The notes under the pieces: model-generated
What the model was told of the DNA's origin: nothing
Seen by the model: the letters and a program-made list of their open reading frames with translations, nothing else
The model's database searches: none
Shown: piece by piece, positions 1 to 11,860 of the stretch
How the letters are laid out: every line of letters begins with the position of its first letter
How positions within the stretch are numbered: position 1 is the first letter of the stretch
NCBI GenBank assembly: GCA_964016885.1
Contig: OZ024741.1
Span: forward strand, 8,556,001 to 8,620,000
DNA from: Eledone cirrhosa
Taxonomy: Eukaryota
Direction of reading: 5' to 3'
DNA: 64,000 nt
Made by a program: the position numbers and the translations under genes

Positions 1-3000
1 TAGTCACCTCCATGTACAACATAGTCGAGGTTTTAATCAACTCCATGTACAACATAGTCGAGGTTTTAGTCACCTCCATGTACAACATAGTTGAGATTTT
101 AGTCACCTCCATGTACACCAGTGGAGGTTTTAGTCAACTCCGTGTACAACATAGTGGAGGTTTATAGTCACCTCCATGTACACCGTAGTCGAGTGTTTAG
201 TCACCTCCATGTACAACATAGTGGAGGTTTTAGTCACCTCCATGTACAACATAGTGGAGGTTTTAGTCACCTCCATGTACACCATAGTGGAGATTTTAGT
301 CACCTCCATGTACAACATAGTGGAGGTTTTATTCACCTCCATGTACAATATAGTCGAGGTTTTAGTCACCTCCATGTACACCATAGTGGAGGTTTTATTC
401 ACCTCCATGTACAATATAGTCGAGGTTTTAGTCACCTCCATGTACACCATAGTGGAGGTTTTAGTCGCCTCCATTTACAACATAGTCGAGGTTTTATTCA
501 CCTCCATGTACAACATAGTGCAGGTTTTAGTAAGCTCCATGTTCAACATAGTCGAGGTTTTAGTCACCTCCATGTACACCATAGTGGAGATTTTAGTCAC
601 CTCCATGTACAACATAATCGAGGTTTTAGTCACCTACATGTACAACATAGTGGAGGTTTTAGTCACCTCCATGTACACCATAGTTTGAGGTTTTAGTCAC
701 CTCCATCTACAACATAGTCGAAGTTTTAGTCACCTCCATGTACAACATAGTCGAGGTTTTAGTCACCTCCATGTACAACATAGTCGCGGTTTTAGTCACC
801 TCCATGTACACCATAGTGGAGGTTTTAGTCACCTCCATGTACAACATAGTGGAGGTTTTAGTCACCTCCATGTACAACATAGTCGAGGTTTTAGTCACCT
901 CCATGTACAACATAGTCGAGGTTTTAGTCACCTCCATGTACAACATAGTCGAGGTTTTAGTCACATCCATATACAACATAGTCGAGGTTCTAGTCACATC
1001 TATGTACAACATAGTCGAGGTTTTAGTCACCTCTATGTCCAACGTAGTCGATGTTTTAGTCACCTCCATGTACAACATAGTCGAGGTTTTAGTCACCTCT
1101 ATGTACAACACAGTCGAGATTTCAGTCACCTCTGTGTACAACATAGTTGAGGGTTTAGTCACCTCCGTGTACACCATAGTGGAGCTTTTAGTCACCTCCA
1201 TATACAACATAGTCGAGGTTTAGTCAGCTCCATGTACAAGATAGTCGAGGTTTTAGTCACCTCCATGTACAACATAGTCGCGGTTTTAGTCACCTCCATG
1301 TACACCATAGTGGAGGTTTTAGTCACCTCCATGTACAACATAGTCGAGCTTTTAGTCACCTCCATGTACAACAGAGTGGAGGTTTTAGTCACCTACATGT
1401 ACACCATAGTCGAGGTGTTAGTCACCTCCATGTACACCATAGTCGAGGTTTTAATCACCTCCATGTACAACATAGTCGAGGTTTTAGTCACCTCCATGTA
1501 CGACATATTCGAGGTTTTAATCACCTCCATGTACAACATAATCAAGGTTTTAGTCACCTCTATGTACAACGTAGTCGAGGTTTTAGTGACCTCTATGTAC
1601 AACATTTCAAGGTTTTAATCACCTCCATGTACACCATAGTAGAAGTTTTAGTCACCTCCATGTACAACATAGTGGAGGTTTTAGTCACCTCCACGTACAC
1701 CATAGTGGAGGTTTCAGTCACCTCCATGTACAGCATAGTCGAGGTTTTAGTCACCTCCATGTACAACATAGTGGAGGTTTTAGTCACCTCCATGTACACG
1801 ATAATCGAGGTTTGAGTCACCTCCATGTACAACAGAGTCGAGGTTTTAGTCACCTCTATGTACAACATAGTCGACGTTTTCGTCACCTCCATGTACAACG
1901 TAGTCGAGGTTTTAGTCACCTCCATGTACAACATAGTCGAGGTTTAAATCACCTCCATGTACAACATAGTGGAGGTTTTAGTCACCTCCATGTACACCAT
2001 AGGCGAGGTTTTAGTTACCTCCATGTACAACAAAGAGGAGGTTTTAGTCACTTCCATGTACAACATAGTCGAGGTTTTAGTCACCTCCATGTACAACATA
2101 GTCGAGGTTTTAGTCACTTCCATGTACAACATAGTCGAGGTTTTAGTCACCTCCATGTACAACATAGTCGAGATTTTAGTCACCTCCATGTACACCATAG
2201 TGGCGGTTTTAGTGAGCTCCATGTACAACATTGTCGAGGTTTTAGTCACCTCCATGTACAACATAGTCGAGGTTTTAGTCACCTCCATGTACAACATAAT
2301 CAAGGTTTTAGTCACCTCCATGTACACCATAGTCGAGGTTTTAGTCACCTCCATGTACAACATAGTCGAGGTTTTAGTCACCTCCATTTACACCATAGTG
2401 CAGGTTTTAGTCAGCTCCATGTACAACATAGTCCATGTTTTAGTCACCTCCATGTACACCATAGTGGAGGTTTTAGTCACCTCCATGTACAATATAGTCG
2501 AGGTTTTAGTCACCCCCATGTACTCCATAGTGGAGGGTTTAGTTGCCTCCATGTACAACATAGTCGAGGTTTTAGTCAACTCCATGTACAACATAGTCGA
2601 GGTTTTAGTCACCTCCATGTACAACATAATCAAGGTTTCAGTCACCTCCATGTACACCATAGTCGAGGTTTTAGTCAACTCCATGTACAACATAGTCGAG
2701 GTTTTAGTCACCTCCATGTACAACATAGTGCTGGTTTTAGTCAGCTCCATGTACAACATAGTCCATGTTTTAGTCACCTCCATGTACACCATAGTCGAGG
2801 TTTTAGTCACCTCCATGTACAACATAGTCGAGGTTTTAGTCACCTCCATGTACAACATAGTAGAGGTTTTAGTCACATCCATATACAACATAGTCGAGGT
2901 TTTAGTCACATCCATGTACAACATAGTCGAGGTTTTAGTCACCTCTATGTCCAACGTAGTCGAGGTTTTAGTCACCTCTATGTACAACACCGTCGAGATT

Positions 3001-3749
3001 TCAGTCACCTCTGTGTACAACATAGTTGAGAGTTTAGTCACCTCCGTGTACACCATAGTGGAGCTTTTAGTCACCTCCATATACAACATAGTCGAGGTTT
3101 AGTCAGCTCCATGTACACCATAGTTTGAGGTTTTAGTCACCTCCATGTACAAGATAGTCGAGGTTTTAGTCACCTCCATGTACAACATAGTCGCGGTTTT
3201 AGTCACCTCCATGTACACCATAGTGGAGGTTTTAGTCACCTCCATGTACAACATAGTCGAGGTTTTAGTCACCTCCATGTACAACAGAGTGGAGGTTTTA
3301 GTCACCTACATGTACACCATAGTCGAGGTGTTAGTCACTTCCATGTACAACATAGTCGAGGTTTTAGTCACCTCCATGTACACCATAGTCGAGGTTTTAA
3401 TCACCTCCATGTACAACATAGTCGAGGTTTTAGTCACCTCCATGTACAACATAGTCGAGGTTTTAATCACCTCCATGTACAACATAATCGAGGTTTTAGT
3501 CACCTCTATGTACAACGTAGTCGATGTTTTAGTGACCTCTATGTACAACATTTCAAGGTTTTAATCACCTCCATGTACACCATAGTGGAGGTTTTAGTCA
3601 CCTCCATGTACAACATAGTGGAGGTTTTAGTCACCTCCATGTACACCATAGTGGAGGTTTCAGTAACCTCCATGTACACCATAGTCGAGGTTTTAGTCAC
3701 CTCCATGTACAGCATAGTCGAGGTTTTAGTCACCTCCATGTACAACATA

Positions 3750-6700
3750 GTGGAGGTTTTAGTCACCTCCATGTACACGATAGTCGAGGTTTGAGTCACC
3801 TCCATGTACAACATAGTCGAGGTTTTAGTCACCTCTATGTACAACATAGTCGACGTTTTCGTCACCTCCATGTACAACGTAGTGGAGGTCTTAGTCACCT
3901 CCATGTACAACATAGTCGAGGTTTTAGTCACCTCCATGTACAACATAGTCGAGGTTTTAGTCCCCTCCATGTACAACAAAGTCGAGGTTTTAGTCGCCTC
4001 CATGTACAACATAGTGGAGGTTTTAGTCACCTCCATGTACAACATATGTGAGGTTTTAGTCACCTCCATGTACAACATAGTCGAGGTTTTAGTCACCTCC
4101 ATGTACAACATAGTCGAGGTTTTAGTCACCTCCATGTACAACAAAGTCGAGGTTTTAGTCGCCTCCATGTACAACATAGTCGAGATTTTAGTCACCTCCA
4201 TGTACACCATAGTGGCGGTTTTAGTCACCCCCATGTACAACATAGTCGAGGTTTTAGTCACCTCCATGTACAACACAGTCGAGGTTTTAGTCACCTCCAT
4301 GTACAACATAATCAAGGTTTTAGTCACCTCCATGTACACCATAGTCGAGGTTTTAGGCACCTCATGTACAACATAGTGGAGGTTTCAGTCACCTCCATGT
4401 ACAACATAGTGGAGGTCTTAGTCACCTCCATGTACAACATAGTGGAGGTTTTAGTCACCTCCATGTACAACATAGTGAAGGTTTTAGTCACCTCCATGTA
4501 CAACATAGTCGAGCTTTTAGTCACCTCCATGTACACCATAGTGGCGGTTTTAGTGACCTCCATGTACAACATAGTCGAGGTTTTAGTCACCTCCATGTAC
4601 AACATAGTCGAGGTTTTAGTCACCTCCATGTACAACATAATCAAGGTTTAGTCACCTCCATGTACACCATAGTCGAGGTTTTAGTCACCTCCATGTACAA
4701 CATAGTCGAGGTTTTAGTCACCTCCATGTACAACATAGTGCAGGTTTTAGTCAGCTCCATGTACAACATAGTCGATGTTTTACTCACCTCCATGTACACC
4801 ATAGTGGAGGTTTTATTCACCTCCATGTACAATATAGTCGAGATTTTAGTCACCTCCATGTACACCATAGTGGAGGTTTTAGTCTCCTACATGTACAACA
4901 TAGTGGAGGTTTTATTCACCTACATGTACAACATAGTGCAGGTTTTAGTCAGATCCATGTTCAACATAGTCGCGGTTTTAGTCACCTCCATGTACACCAT
5001 AGTGGAGATTTTAGTCACCTCCATGTACAACATAATCGAGGTTTTAGTCACCTACATGTACAACATAGTGGAGGTTTTAGTCACCTCCATGTACACCATA
5101 GTTTGAGGTTTTAGTCACCTCCATGTACAACATAGTCGAAGTTTTAGTCACCTCCATGTACAACATAGTCGAGGTTTTAGTTACCTCCATGTACAACATA
5201 GTCGCGGTTTTAGTCACCTCCATGTACACCATAGTGGAGGTTTTAGTCACCTCCATGTACAACATAGTGGAGGTTTTAGTCACCTCCATGTACAACATAG
5301 TCGAGCTTTTAGTCACCTCCATATACAACATAGTCGAGGTTTTAGTCACCTCCATGTACAACATAGTCGAGGTTTTAGTCACATCCATGTACAATATAGT
5401 CGAGGTTTTAGTCACCTCAATGTACAACATATTCGAGGTTTTAGTCACCTCTATATCCAACGTAGTCGAGGTTTTAGTCACCTCCATGTACAACATAGTC
5501 GAGGTTTTAGTCACCTCCATGTACAACATAGTTGAGGGTTTAGTCACCTCCGTGCACACCATAGTGGAGCTTTTAGTCACCTCCATGTACAACATAATCG
5601 AGGTTTTAGTCACCTCCATATACAACATAGTCGAGGTTTTAGTCACCTCCATGTACAGCATAGTTTGAGATTTTAGTCACCTCCATGTACAACGTAGTCG
5701 AGGTTTTAGTCACATCCATGTACAACATAGTCGAGGTTTTAGTGACCTCTATGTACAACATAATCGAGGTTTTAGTCACATCCATGTACACCATAGTCGA
5801 GGTTTTAGTCACCTCCATGTACAACATAGTCGAGGTTTTAGTAACCTCCATCTACAACATAGTCGAGGTTTTAATCACCTCCATGTACAACATAGTCGAC
5901 GTTTTAGTCACCTCCATGTACAACATAGTCGAGGTTTTAATCATTTCCATGTACAACATAGTCGAGGTTTTAGTCACCTCCATGTACACCATAGTGGAGG
6001 TTTTAGTCACCTCCATGTACAACATAGTCGAGGTTTTAATCACCTCCATGTACAACATAGTCGAGGTTTTAGTCACCTCCATGTACACCATAGTGGAGGT
6101 TTTAGTCACCTCCATGTACAACATAGTCGAGGTTTTAGTCACCTCCACGTACAACAGAGTGGAGGTTTTAGTCACCTCCATGTACACCATAGTCGAGGTT
6201 TTAGTCACCTCCATGTACAACATAGTCGAGGTTTTAGTCACCTCCATGTATAACATAGTGGAAGTTTTAGTCACCTCCATGTACAACATAGTCAAGGTTT
6301 TAATCACCTCCATGTACAACATAGTCGAGGTTTTTGTCACCTACATGTACAACATAGTCGAGCTTCTAATCACTTCCATGTAGAACATAATCGAGGTTTT
6401 AGTCACCTCTATGTACAACGTAGTCGAGGTTTTAGTGACCTCTATGTACAACATTTCAAGGTTTTAATCACCTCCATGTACACCATATTGGAGGTTTTAG
6501 TCACCTCCATGTACACCATATTGGAGGTTTTAGTCACCTCCATGTACACCATATTGGAGGTTTTAGTCACCTCCATGTACACCATAGTGGAGGTTTTAGT
6601 CACCTCCATGTACAGCATAGTCGAGGTTTTAGTCACCTCCATGTACACCATAGTGGAGGTTTCAGTCACCTCCATGTACACGATAGTCGAGGTTTGAGTC

Positions 6701-9700
6701 ACCTCCATGTACAACATAGTCGAGGTTTTAGTCACCTCTATGTACAACATAGTCGACGTTTTCGTCACCTCCATGTACAACGTAGTCGAGGTTTTAGTCA
6801 CCTCCATGTACAACATAGTCGAGGTTTTAATCACCTCCATGTACAACATAGTGGAGGTTTTAGTCACCTCCATGTACACCATAGGCGAGGTTTTAGTCAC
6901 CTCCATGTACACCATACTCGAGGTTTTAGTCACCTCCGTATACAACATAGTTGAGTGTTTAGTCACCTCCGTGTACACCATAGTGGAGCTTTTAGTCACC
7001 TCCATGTACAACATAGTGCAGGTTTTAGTCAGCTCCATGTACAACATAGTGGAGGTTTTAGTCACCTCCATGTACAACATAGTCGATGTTTTAGTCACCT
7101 CCATGTACACCATAGTGGAGGTTTTATTCACCTCCATGTACAATATAGTCGAGGTTTTAGTCACCTCCATGTACACCATAGTGGAGGTTTAAGTCGCCTC
7201 CATGTACAAGATAGTCGAGGTTTTATTCACCTCCATGTACAACATAGTGCAGGTTTGAGTCAGATCCATGTTCAACATAGTCGAGGTTTTAGTCACCTCC
7301 ATGTACAACATAATCGAGGTTTTAGTCACCTACATGTACAACATAGTGGAGGTTTTAGTCACCTCCATGTACACCATAGTTTGAGGTTTTAGTCACCTCC
7401 ATGTACAATATAGTCGAAGTTTTAGTCACCTCCATGTACAACATAGTCGAGGTTTTAGTCACCTCCATGTACAACATAGTCGCGGTTTTAGTCACCTCCA
7501 TGTACACCATAGTGGAGGTATTAGTCACCTCCATGTACAACATAGTGGAGGTTTTAGTCACCTCCATGTACAACATAGTCGAGCTTTTAGTCACCTCCAT
7601 GTACAACATAGTGGAGGTTTTAGTCACCTCCATGTACAACATAGTCGATGTTTTAGTCACCTCCATGTACACCATAGTGGAGGTTTTATTCACCTCCATG
7701 TACAATATAGTCGAGGTTTTAGTCACCTCCATGTACACCATAGTGGAGGTTTAAGTCGCCTCCATGTACAAGATAGTCGAGGTTTTATTCACCTCCGTGT
7801 ACAACATAGTGCAGGTTTGAGTCAGATCCATGTTCAACATAGTCGAGGTTTTAGTCACCTCCATGTACAACATAATCGAGGTTTTAGTCACCTACATGTA
7901 CAACATAGTGGAGGTTTTAGTCACCTCCATGTACACCATAGTTTGAGGTTTTAGTCACCTCCATGTACAATATAGTCGAAGTTTTAGTCACCTCCATGTA
8001 CAACATAGTCGAGGTTTTAGTCACCTCCATGTACAACATAGTCGCGGTTTTAGTCACCTCCATGTACACCATAGTGGAGGTATTAGTCACCTCCATGTAC
8101 AACATAGTGGAGGTTTTAGTCACCTCCATGTACAACATAGTCGAGCTTTTAGTCACCTCCATGTACAACATAGTGGAGGTTTTAGTCACCTCCATGTACA
8201 ACATAGTCGAGGTTTTAGTCACATCCATGTACAACATAGTCGAGGTTTTAGTCACCTCTATGTACAACATAGTCGAGGTTTTAGTCACCTCTATGTCCAA
8301 CGTAGTCGAGGTTTTAGTCACTTCCATGTACAACATAGTCGAGGTTTTAGTCACCTCCATGTACACGATAGTCGAGGTTTGAGTCACCTCCATGTACAAC
8401 ATAGTCGAGGTTTTAGTCACCTCTATGTACAACATAGTCGACGTTTTCGTCACCTCCATGTACAACGTAGTGGAGGTCTTAGTCACCTCCATGTACAACA
8501 TAGTCGAGGTTTTAGTCACCTCCATGTACAACATAGTCGAGGTTTTAGTCCCCTCCATGTACAACAAAGTCGAGGTTTTAGTCGCCTCCATGTACAACAT
8601 AGTGGAGGTTTTAGTCACCTCCATGTACAACATATGTGAGGTTTTAGTCACCTCCATGTACAACATAGTCGAGGTTTTAGTCACCTCCATGTACAACATA
8701 GTCGAGGTTTTAGTCACCTCCATGTACAACAAAGTCGAGGTTTTAGTCGCCTCCATGTACAACATAGTCGAGATTTTAGTCACCTCCATGTACACCATAG
8801 TGGCGGTTTTAGTCACCCCCATGTACAACATAGTCGAGGTTTTAGTCACCTCCATGTACAACACAGTCGAGGTTTTAGTCACCTCCATGTACAACATAAT
8901 CAAGGTTTTAGTCACCTCCATGTACACCATAGTCGAGGTTTTAGGCACCTCATGTACAACATAGTGGAGGTTTCAGTCACCTCCATGTACAACATAGTGG
9001 AGGTCTTAGTCACCTCCATGTACAACATAGTGGAGGTTTTAGTCACCTCCATGTACAACATAGTGAAGGTTTTAGTCACCTCCATGTACAACATAGTCGA
9101 GCTTTTAGTCACCTCCATGTACACCATAGTGGCGGTTTTAGTGACCTCCATGTACAACATAGTCGAGGTTTTAGTCACCTCCATGTACAACATAGTCGAG
9201 GTTTTAGTCACCTCCATGTACAACATAATCAAGGTTTAGTCACCTCCATGTACACCATAGTCGAGGTTTTAGTCACCTCCATGTACAACATAGTCGAGGT
9301 TTTAGTCACCTCCATGTACAACATAGTGCAGGTTTTAGTCAGCTCCATGTACAACATAGTCGATGTTTTACTCACCTCCATGTACACCATAGTGGAGGTT
9401 TTATTCACCTCCATGTACAATATAGTCGAGATTTTAGTCACCTCCATGTACACCATAGTGGAGGTTTTAGTCTCCTACATGTACAACATAGTGGAGGTTT
9501 TATTCACCTACATGTACAACATAGTGCAGGTTTTAGTCAGATCCATGTTCAACATAGTCGCGGTTTTAGTCACCTCCATGTACACCATAGTGGAGATTTT
9601 AGTCACCTCCATGTACAACATAATCGAGGTTTTAGTCACCTACATGTACAACATAGTGGAGGTTTTAGTCACCTCCATGTACACCATAGTTTGAGGTTTT

Positions 9701-11860
9701 AGTCACCTCCATGTACAACATAGTCGAAGTTTTAGTCACCTCCATGTACAACATAGTCGAGGTTTTAGTTACCTCCATGTACAACATAGTCGCGGTTTTA
9801 GTCACCTCCATGTACACCATAGTGGAGGTTTTAGTCACCTCCATGTACAACATAGTGGAGGTTTTAGTCACCTCCATGTACAACATAGTCGAGCTTTTAG
9901 TCACCTCCATATACAACATAGTCGAGGTTTTAGTCACCTCCATGTACAACATAGTCGAGGTTTTAGTCACATCCATGTACAATATAGTCGAGGTTTTAGT
10001 CACCTCAATGTACAACATAGTCGAGGTTTTAGTCACCTCTATATCCAACGTAGTCGAGGTTTTAGTCACCTCCATGTACAACATAGTCGAGGTTTTAGTC
10101 ACCTCCATGTACAACATAGTTGAGGGTTTAGTCACCTCCGTGCACACCATAGTGGAGCTTTTAGTCACCTCCATGTACAACATAATCGAGGTTTTAGTCA
10201 CCTCCATATACAACATAGTCGAGGTTTTAGTCACCTCCATGTACAGCATAGTTTGAGATTTTAGTCACCTCCATGTACAACGTAGTCGAGGTTTTAGTCA
10301 CATCCATGTACAACATAGTCGAGGTTTTAGTGACCTCTATGTACAACATAATCGAGGTTTTAGTCACATCCATGTACACCATAGTCGAGGTTTTAGTCAC
10401 CTCCATGTACAACATAGTCGATGTTTTAGTAACCTCCATCTACAACATAGTCGAGGTTTTAATCACCTCCATGTACAACATAGTCGAGGTTTTAGTCACC
10501 TCCATGTACACCATAGTGGAGGTTTTAGTCACCTCCATGTACAACATAGTCGAGGTTTTAGTCACCTCCACGTACAACAGAGTGGAGGTTTTAGTCACCT
10601 CCATGTACACCATAGTCGAGGTTTTAGTCACCTCCATGTACAACATAGTCGAGGTTTTAGTCACCTCCATGTATAACATAGTGGAAGTTTTAGTCACCTC
10701 CATGTACAACATAGTCGAGGTTTTAATCACCTCCATGTACAACATAGTCGAGGTTTTTGTCACCTACATGTACAACATAGTCGAGCTTCTAATCACTTCC
10801 ATGTACAACATAATCGAGGTTTTAGTCACCTCTATGTACAACGTAGTCGAGGTTTTAGTGACCTCTATGTACAACATTTCAAGGTTTTAATCACCTCCAT
10901 GTACACCATATTGGAGGTTTTAGTCACCTCCATGTACACCATATTGGAGGTTTTAGTCACCTCCATGTACACCATATTGGAGGTTTTAGTCACCTCCATG
11001 TACACCATAGTGGAGGTTTTAGTCACCTCCATGTACAGCATAGTCGAGGTTTTAGTCACCTCCATGTACACCATAGTGGAGGTTTCAGTCACCTCCATGT
11101 ACACGATAGTCGAGGTTTGAGTCACCTCCATGTACAACATAGTCGAGGTTTTAGTCACCTCTATGTACAACATAGTCGACGTTTTCGTCACCTCCATGTA
11201 CAACGTAGTCGAGGTTTTAGTCACCTCCATGTACAACATAGTCGAGGTTTTAATCACCTCCATGTACAACATAGTGGAGGTTTTAGTCACCTCCATGTAC
11301 ACCATAGGCGAGGTTTTAGTCACCTCCATGTACACCATACTCGAGGTTTTAGTCACCTCCGTATACAACATAGTTGAGTGTTTAGTCACCTCCGTGTACA
11401 CCATAGTGGAGCTTTTAGTCACCTCCATGTACAACATAGTGCAGGTTTTAGTCAGCTCCATGTACAACATAGTGGAGGTTTTAGTCACCTCCATGTACAA
11501 CATAGTCGATGTTTTAGTCACCTCCATGTACACCATAGTGGAGGTTTTATTCACCTCCATGTACAATATAGTCGAGGTTTTAGTCACCTCCATGTACACC
11601 ATAGTGGAGGTTTAAGTCGCCTCCATGTACAAGATAGTCGAGGTTTTATTCACCTCCATGTACAACATAGTGCAGGTTTGAGTCAGATCCATGTTCAACA
11701 TAGTCGAGGTTTGAGTCACCTCCATGTACAACATAATCGAGGTTTTAGTCACCTACATGTACAACATAGTGGAGGTTTTAGTCACCTCCATGTACACCAT
11801 AGTTTGAGGTTTTAGTCACCTCCATGTACAATATAGTCGAAGTTTTAGTCACCTCCATGT
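3750..11860. repeat. Direct duplication of about 3.5-3.7 kb: ~3750-7440 repeated at ~8340-11860
   Basis: Matching variant-bearing ORFs at offset 4588 (3791/8379, 4324/8912, 4641/9229, 5077/9665, 5639/10227), then 4423 (6442/10865, 6955/11378, 7355/11778) after a 165-bp deletion in the second copy. Private variants aggcacctcatg (~4355/8943) and aacatatgtgag (~4041/8629) are shared. Confidence 0.93.
7040..8165. repeat. 562-bp tandem duplication (17 monomers)
   Basis: The variant series gatgtt, ttattc, ggtttaagtcgcc, aagat, gtttgagtcagatcc, gtttgagg, ggtattag, gagctt recurs at offset 562 (7081/7643; ORF ends 7355/7917, starts 7401/7963). Confidence 0.9.

Noticed and set aside
1812-3029. His-rich, zinc-finger-like or mucin-like repeat protein gene
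   Set aside because: There is no Cys-x-Cys/His pattern, and the frame is not preserved in paralogous copies. The same DNA is equally open in two other frames.
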